A stretch of DNA of 64,000 nt from Chloroflexia bacterium (GTDB lineage Bacteria > Chloroflexota > Chloroflexia > Thermomicrobiales > CADCWN01), in the NCBI GenBank assembly GCA_039810045.1, contig JBDHWF010000002.1, positions 2,610 to 66,609 of the forward strand. Direction: 5' to 3'. Positions 1 to 7,975 of the stretch are shown one piece after another. The stretch's first letter is position 1; each line of letters starts with the position of its first letter. Position numbers and translations under genes: made by a program. The notes beneath the pieces are model-generated. The model ran no database searches. It saw only the letters and a program-made list of their open reading frames with translations, and had not been told where the DNA came from.

Positions 1-43
1 CCTTGTAGTTGTGATGATTTTCCTAAGTAATAAAGGGATCCTG

Positions 44-119
44 TGGAGCCGGCCAGGGGACTCGAACCCTTAACCTGCTGTTTACAAAACAGCTGCTCTG
101 CCAATTGAGCTAGGCCGGC
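44..119 (-). tRNA. tRNA-Thr (anticodon UGU), CCA encoded
   Basis: Reverse complement reads GCCGGCCTAGCTCAATTGGCAGAGCAGCTGTTTTGTAAACAGCAGGTTAAGGGTTCGAGTCCCCTGGCCGGCTCCA. It has a 7-bp acceptor stem (GCCGGCC/GGCCGGC), an anticodon stem GCTGT/ACAGC with loop TTTGTAA (anticodon TGT), a GGTTCGAGTCC T-arm and terminal CCA. Length is 76 nt. Confidence 0.88.
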
Positions 120-157
120 ATCGTGGTCACTGGTGGCCCGCATGGGGGCCAGGGGAA

Positions 158-185
158 ATTGTACGAAAATCTAAGGGATTGTCAA
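158..185 (-). promoter_or_regulatory. sigma-70-type promoter candidate for tRNA-Thr
   Basis: On the minus strand, TTGACA (180-185) is followed by a 16-nt spacer and TACAAT (158-163). This lies about 35-40 nt upstream of the tRNA 5' end at 119. Confidence 0.5.
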
Positions 186-198
186 TGCAGGTACGGCA

Positions 199-232
199 AA
201 ACTAGCTGTTGACAAAATAGCTGCTCTGCACC
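199..232 (-). repeat. degenerate copy of the D-arm/anticodon-arm part of the adjacent tRNA-Thr
   Basis: aactagctgttgacaaaatagctgctctgcacca aligns with tRNA positions 72-103 (aacctgctgtttacaaaacagctgctctgcca) at about 26 of 30 matches. No acceptor or T arm is present, so it is not a functional tRNA. Confidence 0.6.
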
Positions 233-304
233 ATTTTCTGATCTGGGCGGTATACTATATGGCGCTGGATGCGCTCTACGGCGCGGTAGAGATCGGATGG
301 GGAG

Positions 305-964
305 ATGGTGCGTCAGGCTACGCTCGCGGCGATTATCGCTGGCTGCCACGAGACGACAGCGCGGTTTTTGCGCCACGAAGCAACAACCGATGACTCCTGC
401 CTGGAGCTTTTTCGGCGGGCGCTGGTCGAGCGCAACGATGGGGCCTGGCAGGCGCTGTTCACCGAATATCAAGGGATCGTCCTGGGCTGGGTGCGGCAGC
501 ACGCGGCGACGCGCTCACTGCACGATGAGGATGAGTTCTGGATGAATCGGGCGTTTGAGCGGTTTTGGACGGCGATCACCCCAGAGCGCTTTCTCACGTT
601 CCCCACGCTGGCGGCGTTGCTGCGCTACCTGAAGCTCTGCGTGCATAGTGTGCTGCTGGATGCGGTGCGGGCGCAACGCGCCCGACCGATCAACGAGGAT
701 GAGGTCAGCGGTCAGGCTCCAGATGCTGCTACGGCGGTGGTGGATCAGTTGGCTGGTGACGATCTCTGGCTGGTGATCGAGCAGTTACTGCACGATGAAC
801 CAGAGCGGTTGGTGGCCTATGGCGCGTTTGTGCTGGATCTGAAAGCGGCGGAATTGCAGGCGCAATATCCACAGCACTTCGCGACGGTGAACGATGTCTA
901 TCGCGTCAAGCGCAATGTGCTTGATCGTCTGCGGCGTAATCCAGAGTTACTGCAATGGCAGTGA
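305..964 (+). CDS. RNA polymerase sigma factor, sigma-70/ECF-like
   Basis: 219-aa ORF with a region-2-like segment (FTEYQGIVLGWVRQ, FWMNRAFERFW) and a C-terminal region-4-like HTH (VNDVYRVKRNVLDRLRR). It is directly followed by a zinc-finger anti-sigma ORF. Confidence 0.65.
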   Translation: MVRQATLAAIIAGCHETTARFLRHEATTDDSCLELFRRALVERNDGAWQALFTEYQGIVLGWVRQHAATRSLHDEDEFWMNRAFERFWTAITPERFLTFPTLAALLRYLKLCVHSVLLDAVRAQRARPINEDEVSGQAPDAATAVVDQLAGDDLWLVIEQLLHDEPERLVAYGAFVLDLKAAELQAQYPQHFATVNDVYRVKRNVLDRLRRNPELLQWQ

Positions 965-1004
965 AATTGATCCGCAAAACCTGGTCGCGCAACCGTTTAT
1001 TAGG

Positions 1005-1724
1005 ATGTACGAAAGGGAACTGCTGATGCAGGGATTACATCCAACGGTCGAAGAGCTTTTGGCCTACCTTGAAGGAACAGCCTCGCCAGCGAATAACAGG
1101 CATATTGCCAGTTGCAATGTTTGCCGCGATCGCGTTACAAGTTATCGTCAGACTGAGGCGACGCTACGCGGTCGCCTTGCTCGGTTTACCTGCCCCAGCC
1201 CCCACGAACTCGGGGAATATGAACTGGGGCTGCTTGACCCAGCGGAGACAACCCGCGTTGCCGCGCACATTGTGGACTGTCCGCGCTGTACTGAGGAAAT
1301 GCAGCAACTTCGTGTGTTCCTGGCGACTGATCTGCCAGTTCCCGCGCCCACTGTCGGCGAACGATTCCGCCGCTTCGTGGCGACGCTGGTGCCTGCGCCA
1401 ATGACGCCAGCGGTGGGCCTCCGGGGGGCGATTGATGACCAGATCCGCACCTATCAGGCGGGCGATCTGCGCCTGACGCTCGATCTGTTGCCAATCCCAG
1501 GGAGTCCAGCGGTGGAACTGGTTGGCCTGCTCTGGTCTGAGGGACCCACTGAGGTGCCTATGGATGTGTCAGTAACATTGCGCCATGCTGAGCAGGTTGT
1601 GCAGCAGACGACCGTCGATCCGTTTGGCAATTTTGGGTTCACGGAGATTGTCCCCAACTCCTATCAACTCACGCTGACGGTGGGCCCTGATCTGATCGTG
1701 ATCGAAGATCTACAGATCGGCTGA
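1005..1724 (+). CDS. putative anti-sigma factor with two zf-HC2 (HxxxCxxC) motifs and a C-terminal beta-sandwich-like domain
   Basis: ORF 894..1724 trimmed to ATG 1005, downstream of the sigma stop at 964. It carries the motifs HIASCNVC and HIVDCPRC. No hydrophobic TM segment is seen. The C-terminus (GNFGFTEIVPNSYQLTLTV) resembles carboxypeptidase-regulatory-like folds. Confidence 0.6.
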   Translation: MYERELLMQGLHPTVEELLAYLEGTASPANNRHIASCNVCRDRVTSYRQTEATLRGRLARFTCPSPHELGEYELGLLDPAETTRVAAHIVDCPRCTEEMQQLRVFLATDLPVPAPTVGERFRRFVATLVPAPMTPAVGLRGAIDDQIRTYQAGDLRLTLDLLPIPGSPAVELVGLLWSEGPTEVPMDVSVTLRHAEQVVQQTTVDPFGNFGFTEIVPNSYQLTLTVGPDLIVIEDLQIG

Positions 1725-1750
1725 GCCAGCGCTCGTCTGATCGCCTTTTC

Positions 1751-1786
1751 CTGCACCGCGCGCCATTTTCTTGGCGCGCGGTGCAG
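1751..1786 (+). terminator. rho-independent terminator candidate
   Basis: Perfect 14-bp stem ctgcaccgcgcgcc / ggcgcgcggtgcag with loop attttctt, followed by tctatttgt. It lies 27 nt after the anti-sigma stop. Confidence 0.7.
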
Positions 1787-1897
1787 TCTATTTGTCCGCA
1801 TTACCCAATATTCCCCACCCGCAATCCACGAAAACGCGGCGCTGGCGCGTTTAGTGAATAGACACCCTGAACTGAATCGATGTGGAAGGAAACGCAG

Positions 1898-2554
1898 ATG
1901 GTGCTAGGGCAGATGCAGACTGGTACGGAAGCAGGGCCGTTGAGCTTCTCTGGGCGGACGGCAGCGAATGCGGGTGCAATAACCGAGGATCATGATGATC
2001 AGGTGGTGGCGCGGGTGCTGGGGGGCGACCGTGAGGCCTTTGCGCTGTTGGTCGAACGGCATCATACTGCGGTTCACGCGACCGCCTATCGCCTCTTACG
2101 CAACAGCACCGACGCTGCCGATGCGGCGCAGGAGACGTTTGTACGAGCCTATCTCCATCTCACCAGTTATCAGCCTGGTGGCAGGTTCAAGGTCTGGCTG
2201 TTGCGGATTACGAATAATTACTGCATTGATCAGCTACGCCGTCGTCAAGCAGTGCCGCTGGACGAACAGGGCCTAGCCCACCTGAGCAGTACTCCCGACG
2301 ATCAGCCGGAACCATCGCTGCTGCGCCAGGAGTGGTGGGAGGAAATGCAGGCGCAGTTAGCCACATTGAACCCGATCTACCGCGAGGTCTTGATGCTTCA
2401 TGCGTGGCATGAACTGACCTATCTGGAGATCAGTCGCCTGTTGAATCAGCCGTTATCGACTGTGCGGATGCGCCTCTTCCGTGCCCGCAAAGCGTTGCGC
2501 GATGATACCCCGGCGCGGCGGCCCGGTCGACCCCGCCGACCAGTCGTTGCCTGA
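1898..2554 (+). CDS. ECF-family RNA polymerase sigma factor
   Basis: Region 2 (DAAQETFVRAYLHL, WLLRITNNYCIDQLRRR) and region 4 (LTYLEISRLLNQPLSTVRMRLFRARKAL) are present. ATG 1898 follows GGAAGGAAA. The alternative ATG is at 1880. Confidence 0.85.
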   Translation: MVLGQMQTGTEAGPLSFSGRTAANAGAITEDHDDQVVARVLGGDREAFALLVERHHTAVHATAYRLLRNSTDAADAAQETFVRAYLHLTSYQPGGRFKVWLLRITNNYCIDQLRRRQAVPLDEQGLAHLSSTPDDQPEPSLLRQEWWEEMQAQLATLNPIYREVLMLHAWHELTYLEISRLLNQPLSTVRMRLFRARKALRDDTPARRPGRPRRPVVA

Positions 2555-2559
2555 GCAGT

Positions 2560-3903
2560 TTACTTTGGGTGCCAGCGTACCTCAGTCGTTGGTGCTGCTG
2601 GATCAAGAAGCGGAGTTGGCAGACCCTGTAGGTGCAGGTCGAAGAAGGCCCGGAGATAACGGTCAATCGTCTGCATGGTGGCGTGGGAATCACTGCCAGG
2701 GGGCGCACTGAGCGGTGAGAGCAGGGGCAGGATCGTCAGTGAGTAGTGGTTGGTATTGGGCAGTTCAAGCCAGTAGGCCGGCCCTGTTGCTTCACGGAGC
2801 AGGCGCGACCAGTGAGCATTCGCTTCGACCAGTTGGCCGCTGGCGCTGGCGGTCAGCAGGAGCAAGGGGCGGTGAGCGGCAGGCGCTTTGCCGCTGACGC
2901 CGCCATCCAGATCCGCAGCGGCCTGACAGCGTGGCTCTATCTGGCAGACGGCCACGGCGGTTGCCCCGCCAAATGAATGACCGAATGAGCCGATCCGTTG
3001 CAGGTCGATCTTCCCGCTGAGTAACGGGTCAGTAGTGGCCCAGGTGGTGAGGCGGTCGTAGAGCAGCCGCTGGTCGGCCACCCAGATCGGCAGCAATTGT
3101 TCGGTGGACGTTGCTGCCTCATCTGGACTAATTCCCAATCGTTGCAAATTGAAATCCCGCACCTCGCCATTGGGAAAGACGGTCACGGCGGCGGCGTCGG
3201 TGTGGTCGAGCGCGATCACGATATAGCCCCAACTCGCCAGTTCCTGCATCGTCGCGCTATTCTGAAACCGCGCTCCAACCAGCCCATGCGAGAAGATCAG
3301 CACTGGGAACGGGTTGGGTGCAGTGGCGATCGGCACTGCGGAGCTAGCTGCCACGTTGACATAGCGCAGGTGTTGCAGCAGCGGGGCTGCCAGGGGCACG
3401 CCAAAGGCTTTCGTGATCCCCGCCGCGACGGGATCAGGCGCGGTGAGCAGTTTGGCGGGTGGCCCCACTGTGGCGGCGGGATACCAGATCGAAACCATCA
3501 GGTGCCGCCCGCGTGCCTCATCGACGACTTCGCGATCGACAATCCCCACATGGTATGGGCCAGTTGGTGCAGGTAGGCTGAAGACTGGCAGGAGCCACCC
3601 TGGTAAGAGTCCGCCACCGAGCAGGGCGAGCGCCAGGAGGCTTGGCAGCAGGAAGCGTCGCCGCGATCGTGGCTCTGCCTGACGCCGCCAGATTGTCAGC
3701 CCCGCCCCACCAACGAGCAGGGCAAGCAGATAGAGCGGTACCATTTGCGTGCGCCAGCCTTCGATGATCAGGTGGGGTAGGAGGGCTAGGGCAGGCAGGA
3801 GGGCGGCCCCCAGGTTCCACCAGCGCTTGCGCCCGATCCGCTGGAAAGAAAGCAATAACGCTGGCAGAAATGCAATCAAGCAGACCCATTCACCCACTCG
3901 CAC
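2560..3903 (-). CDS. membrane-anchored alpha/beta hydrolase (PAF-acetylhydrolase/lipase-like)
   Basis: 447 aa. The N-terminus has about 4 hydrophobic helices. The alpha/beta-hydrolase core carries the nucleophile elbow GHSFGG. Confidence 0.6.
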   Translation of the reverse strand: MRVGEWVCLIAFLPALLLSFQRIGRKRWWNLGAALLPALALLPHLIIEGWRTQMVPLYLLALLVGGAGLTIWRRQAEPRSRRRFLLPSLLALALLGGGLLPGWLLPVFSLPAPTGPYHVGIVDREVVDEARGRHLMVSIWYPAATVGPPAKLLTAPDPVAAGITKAFGVPLAAPLLQHLRYVNVAASSAVPIATAPNPFPVLIFSHGLVGARFQNSATMQELASWGYIVIALDHTDAAAVTVFPNGEVRDFNLQRLGISPDEAATSTEQLLPIWVADQRLLYDRLTTWATTDPLLSGKIDLQRIGSFGHSFGGATAVAVCQIEPRCQAAADLDGGVSGKAPAAHRPLLLLTASASGQLVEANAHWSRLLREATGPAYWLELPNTNHYSLTILPLLSPLSAPPGSDSHATMQTIDRYLRAFFDLHLQGLPTPLLDPAAPTTEVRWHPK

Positions 3904-4054
3904 AAACGCCCTCCTGGTGTTCTTGCTGTATCAGCACCGGGGCCAACCCGTTATTGACCACACAGGAAGAACACCGCTCAGGCGAAAATCATGACAGCGG
4001 CAGGGGTGCGGTGGGCGCTGATCGGTTGCAAGAAGGGGGTTTCAGGCAAACGGA

Positions 4055-4087
4055 AGCGGGGGCTGGTTTTGCACCGTAGCCCCCGCT
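4055..4087 (-). terminator. terminator-like hairpin after the cupredoxin gene
   Basis: 10-bp stem agcgggggct / agcccccgct lying 14 nt beyond the minus-strand stop at 4101. The minus strand continues tccgtttgcc. Confidence 0.5.
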
Positions 4088-4100
4088 AGGCGGTCGGCGT

Positions 4101-4703
4101 TTAGGTGACGATCAGTTTGGCAACCATCCCGGCGGCACGATGCCCTGGGTAGTTGCACACGAGCAGATATTCGCCCGGTGGCAGTCCTTTGATGGTGTAG
4201 GTATTGGTGGAACCGGCCCCAAAGTTTGGCCCCTGGATCATCACTCCTGGCCCCTCAACGGCGAAGTTATGGACGCTCGAACTCTTGTTGTTGACGACGA
4301 ACGTGACATCACCAGCTTTGGCTTCGTAGGTCGCCTTCGTCCATTTGAGCGCGCCAGTTGGGTCAGCATCAACGACAACCTGCTGGGCCGCAGCGCCAGG
4401 GGAAAAGGCAGTGATTGGCCCACTGCTGACCCCACCCCCGGTTACCGCTCCACCAGTCGCCGCAGCACTGCCAGTGCCAGTGGTGGCCGGAAGATACTGG
4501 CGGGCAGCGAGGGCAACCCCGCCGCAGATCAGAGCCACGACCAGCAAGAGCGGTAACTGCGCGAACAGGAACTGGTTATAGGTGATCCCAGGGGTCCGCG
4601 GTTGTTGTTTGCGCGGTGTTGATGGGGCTGGCGCGACTGGCGCAATGGCCTGCGCTTGCTCCGTGCCGTCAACGGCCTCTGGGGCCTCTGTGGTACTCAA
4701 CAT
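4101..4703 (-). CDS. membrane-anchored blue copper protein (cupredoxin, auracyanin/plastocyanin-like)
   Basis: Type-1 Cu ligand pattern VHNF ... CNYPGHRAAGM (His, Cys, His, Met). An N-terminal TM helix (FLFAQLPLLLVVALICGGVALAA) is followed by a Gly/Ala/Thr linker. ATG 4703 is preceded by GGAGGAG. The ORF track start is 4751. Confidence 0.82.
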   Translation of the reverse strand: MLSTTEAPEAVDGTEQAQAIAPVAPAPSTPRKQQPRTPGITYNQFLFAQLPLLLVVALICGGVALAARQYLPATTGTGSAAATGGAVTGGGVSSGPITAFSPGAAAQQVVVDADPTGALKWTKATYEAKAGDVTFVVNNKSSSVHNFAVEGPGVMIQGPNFGAGSTNTYTIKGLPPGEYLLVCNYPGHRAAGMVAKLIVT

Positions 4704-4778
4704 TACTCTCCTCCAGGTTGGGGGTGGGGCCTGCCCGGTGGCAATGAGCACCTTGGGCAGGCCACTCCTGGCCCAGCC

Positions 4779-6062
4779 TTATCGTTGGGGGCTGTAGATT
4801 GCGGGATTCTCTGGGCCTTCGATGATCAGGTAGCCAACGGCACCTTTTTGGGCGTTGCTGGCCCCAGCGTCAACAATCGTGTAGCGTCCGGGTACATCGG
4901 CCCGAATCTCCACGACCGCCGCCCCGCCAATCGGCACCATCGTGCTTTGGACCCCGGTGGCCCATTTCGTCGGGTCACTCAGCGGGGTACCTTCGGCAGC
5001 AACTCGCTCAAAAAGCTCACCGACAACGCGGAGGTTACTGCTGTGATTCGGCCCACCAACGCCGAAGAAGATCCGAATCGTTTCCCCTGTCTGCATCTTC
5101 ATCGCGTTTGCGCCGTCGATGGCGTTCACTGCACCGTTGAAGACGACATAATCAGGTTGCCCAATCGCCGCTTTGTCGGCGGAGAAAGCCCGTTGCCCGT
5201 GATCCTCGCGTTTGCCCGTGAGGTAGAACTCACCCTGCATCACGTAATATTCGCGGTCAACCTTGGGTAGCCCCTGTGGGGGCTCAACGACGATCAGCCC
5301 ATACATTCCACTGGAAAGTTGCTGATCCTGTGGGCTAGAGCCGCTTTGATAGACGAACACTCCTGCCTGGGTCGCCTGGAACTTCACCGTTTTACTTTGC
5401 CCAGGGGCTACGGCGGTCGATTCGCTTCCCCCACCTGGGCCGATCAGGGCGTGTAGATCGATACTGTGGGCCACTTTATTGGTCTCAGCACTTTTCAGCG
5501 TTAGTTCAATCGTGTCGCCCTGGCGGACCCGGATCATGGGGCCGGGAACCGTCCCATTGAACGTCCAGTATTCGTAGGCGATCCCGTCATCGAGCAGCCC
5601 CACCACTTCCTGCGCCTCTAGATCGACCTTCACCGTTTGCGCCCCGCGTGTCCCCACTGGGTTGGCGATGGCTGGGGTCCCCAGTCGATTCGCGGTGGCT
5701 GGCACAGGGGTGCCAGCGGCGCTTGCGGCGGGGGATGCCGCCTGACTCGGTGCGGCAGAAGCGGCCCCGCTGGGGGAAGCTGCTGGGGCGGCGGCAGCTC
5801 CTTCGCTGGGCGCTGGTAGCCGTGAGATCAGGGCGAACGCGAGGATCCCAAACAGGAGGACAGCACCAAGCAGCAGCAGCGTTTGGAAAATGAGAAACTG
5901 CCACCATGACGGCCCACCACTGGTATTACTCTCGGGGGGATCTGCGGGCGGCAAGGCCGCCCCAGGATTATCCCCCACTGCCTGATGATCAGTGCTTCCT
6001 TCAGCCGCAGCAACTTGCGGATATTCGAGACGTTGCCGCTTTGGTTTCGTATCGAGCGCCAT
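4779..6062 (-). CDS. copper nitrite reductase (NirK)-fold two-cupredoxin-domain protein, TM-anchored, with most Cu ligands substituted
   Basis: Clear NirK-like blocks: FNGTVPGPMIRVRQGDTIELTL, AHSIDLHALIGPGGG, GVFVYQSG...SSGMYGLIVVEP, VVFNGAV. The N-terminal TM helix (WWQFLIFQTLLLLGAVLLFGILAFALI) is followed by an Ala/Ser/Pro linker. ATG 6062 is preceded by GAGGAGAG. See findings for the ligand losses. Confidence 0.75.
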   Translation of the reverse strand: MALDTKPKRQRLEYPQVAAAEGSTDHQAVGDNPGAALPPADPPESNTSGGPSWWQFLIFQTLLLLGAVLLFGILAFALISRLPAPSEGAAAAPAASPSGAASAAPSQAASPAASAAGTPVPATANRLGTPAIANPVGTRGAQTVKVDLEAQEVVGLLDDGIAYEYWTFNGTVPGPMIRVRQGDTIELTLKSAETNKVAHSIDLHALIGPGGGSESTAVAPGQSKTVKFQATQAGVFVYQSGSSPQDQQLSSGMYGLIVVEPPQGLPKVDREYYVMQGEFYLTGKREDHGQRAFSADKAAIGQPDYVVFNGAVNAIDGANAMKMQTGETIRIFFGVGGPNHSSNLRVVGELFERVAAEGTPLSDPTKWATGVQSTMVPIGGAAVVEIRADVPGRYTIVDAGASNAQKGAVGYLIIEGPENPAIYSPQR

Positions 6063-6128
6063 TGCTCTCTCCTCTATCGTGTGCATTGCACGGTCTGCCA
6101 GATCTCAATCGTCGCAATCGTGCCGACG

Positions 6129-7205
6129 TTACTCTTTGACGATCAGGGCAGTCACCATCCCGAACATCCCATGCTCTGATTCAGCGTGCGACAGTACGTG
6201 GCAGTGGAAGGCCCAGACCCCCAGTTCGGTCGCCTCGACGATGACATCCCAGCGCTCGCCAGGGGCGATGGTGAGGGTGTCACACATAAATGGTTGCGGT
6301 TGCGGATAACCGTCTCTGGCGACCACCAGTTGGGGCATCCCGTGTAAGTGCATCGGGTGGAGGAGTTGGCCCTCATTGAAGTAGCGGATCAGGACTTTCT
6401 GGCCCTTCGTGGCGATCAGCGGTGCGGTGGCAGGGAAGCCTTTGCCGTTGATTGTGAAGCCGTGCGGGCCGTCATTGAGAATCAGGGTGTATTCAACGTC
6501 GAAGGCCGGGGCGGATTTAGGATCTTTTGGCTCTACGATGAATGGCCCTAGTAGCCCCATACTCGTCTGCTTAGTGGAGTTGTGGTGCGAGTGGTACATA
6601 TGGCTGCCAGCGGGCTTGGCAATAAACTCGTAGGTGAAAATTGTGCCTGGTTTGATCGGTGGCTGCGTGATGAATGGTACGCCGTCCATCGAGTTTGGAG
6701 CCATTTGGCCGTGGAAGTGGACAGCGGTGCTTTCCTTCAGTTCGTTCTTCACATTGACGCGCACTTTGTCGCCTTCAGTGACCCGTAGCTCTGGCCCAGG
6801 AATCATGCCGTTATAGCCCCAGGCTTCGTAGAACTTTCCTGGCTCAACTTCCCACTGCACGACTTTGACCGTCAGATCGAAGACCTTGGTATCACCTTCC
6901 ATCCGATGCTCAAGTTTTTGCCCCCCCATCGCTGCTGTTTTGGCGGGAAACGCCTTGACGCCCGCCTCGTGCATCTTATCCATCTCGTCGGCAGAGAGCG
7001 CCCCGCTGGCTGCGGCGGGCGATGGGTCGGTCGCCATCTGATGCGTGCTGCCACTGCTGCTACTGCTGGCTGCCTGCCCTGCTGGTGCAGCGGCCTGCGT
7101 GGAGACACTTCCCCCGCATGAGGCCAAGCCCAGAATCCCAGCGCCGAGTGTGCTCAGCACGCCCACAAACCCGCGCCGTGACCAGCCGTTCTTTACTTCC
7201 TTCAT
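6129..7205 (-). CDS. two-domain multicopper oxidase, Tat-signal lipoprotein
   Basis: All four MCO copper motifs are present: VHFHG, MYHSHH, HPMHLHG and HCHVLSHAESEHGM. The signal is SRRGFVGVLSTLGAGILGLASCGG (twin-Arg plus lipobox Cys). ATG 7205 was chosen (MKEVKNGW). The ORF track start 7346 adds an unlikely 47-aa leader. Confidence 0.85.
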   Translation of the reverse strand: MKEVKNGWSRRGFVGVLSTLGAGILGLASCGGSVSTQAAAPAGQAASSSSSGSTHQMATDPSPAAASGALSADEMDKMHEAGVKAFPAKTAAMGGQKLEHRMEGDTKVFDLTVKVVQWEVEPGKFYEAWGYNGMIPGPELRVTEGDKVRVNVKNELKESTAVHFHGQMAPNSMDGVPFITQPPIKPGTIFTYEFIAKPAGSHMYHSHHNSTKQTSMGLLGPFIVEPKDPKSAPAFDVEYTLILNDGPHGFTINGKGFPATAPLIATKGQKVLIRYFNEGQLLHPMHLHGMPQLVVARDGYPQPQPFMCDTLTIAPGERWDVIVEATELGVWAFHCHVLSHAESEHGMFGMVTALIVKE

Positions 7206-7398
7206 GGTTTCCGTATCCCTTTCTGTCTGTTCGCCTCGTGCAACACCATTGGTACACAATACATTTCTGCCTGGGGTATCTTGCGTGGAAGGCGTTGCCT
7301 GCACCGTTGCGCTAGGTTGCAGCTTTGTAAACTCCTGCGTGAGCAAGGTTGAACCTGCGACAACATAGTGGCTGAATTATTGATGGGGATACGCTTTT

Positions 7399-7947
7399 TT
7401 AGCTCACAGTAGTACGTTTGCTTTGGAGATGATCAATGATCTGGCGGGCGGTCTCTTGTGGCGAGAGCGTGGTGGTGTCGATCACCAGACTGGGGCGGTT
7501 GGGGTAAGGGGTCATCAAGGCGTACTGTTGGTTGAGGGCGCGGACATATTCGGGATCACGCAGTTTGCTGTACTGGGCGCGTGATTCAGTTTGGACTCGT
7601 TGAAGTAACGTTGCTTCATCACAGCGCAGCAAAACTAAGTGCAGGGTGGCCCCAGGCTCCTCTACTGCCGCAATCGCCTGCTCGATATAGTCCTCGTCCT
7701 TGCCGTAAGCATAAACAAAGGTGCTGATCAGGCCAGGGAGATCGGCCAGCGCCGCTTCACGCAGCATCGTTAGCCGAAAGAGCGTATTGAGGCGATTGGC
7801 CTGTTCACTCCCAAAGGCGAACAGCGAGCAAACGAGTTCAATCGTCAGGTGGTTATGGAAGACCTTGTAGCCAGTCAGGGCAGCCAGTTCTTGTGCCACA
7901 GTGAGCTTGCCCACGCCTGGCGGCCCATAGAGAAAGACGACTTCCAT
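7399..7947 (-). CDS. P-loop NTPase/kinase-like protein (AAA_33-type)
   Basis: Walker A GPPGVGKLT is near the N-terminus and the protein is small (182 aa). ATG 7947 was chosen. The alternative GTG 7971 lies 4 nt after the LysR stop. Confidence 0.55.
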   Translation of the reverse strand: MEVVFLYGPPGVGKLTVAQELAALTGYKVFHNHLTIELVCSLFAFGSEQANRLNTLFRLTMLREAALADLPGLISTFVYAYGKDEDYIEQAIAAVEEPGATLHLVLLRCDEATLLQRVQTESRAQYSKLRDPEYVRALNQQYALMTPYPNRPSLVIDTTTLSPQETARQIIDHLQSKRTTVS

Positions 7948-7975
7948 ACTGCGCTGTTCTCCTCCTGGCACACGC

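Noticed and set aside
209-256. TTGACA ... TATACT pair upstream of the first sigma factor
   Set aside because: The two hexamers are separated by about 36 nt, far from the 16-18 nt needed for a sigma-70 promoter. The TTGACA is part of the tRNA-fragment repeat.
120-3903. Possible genomic island integrated at the tRNA-Thr
   Set aside because: There is no integrase, excisionase or mobility gene. The repeat copies the internal 5' part of the tRNA rather than the 3' end. The flanking genes are ordinary regulators.
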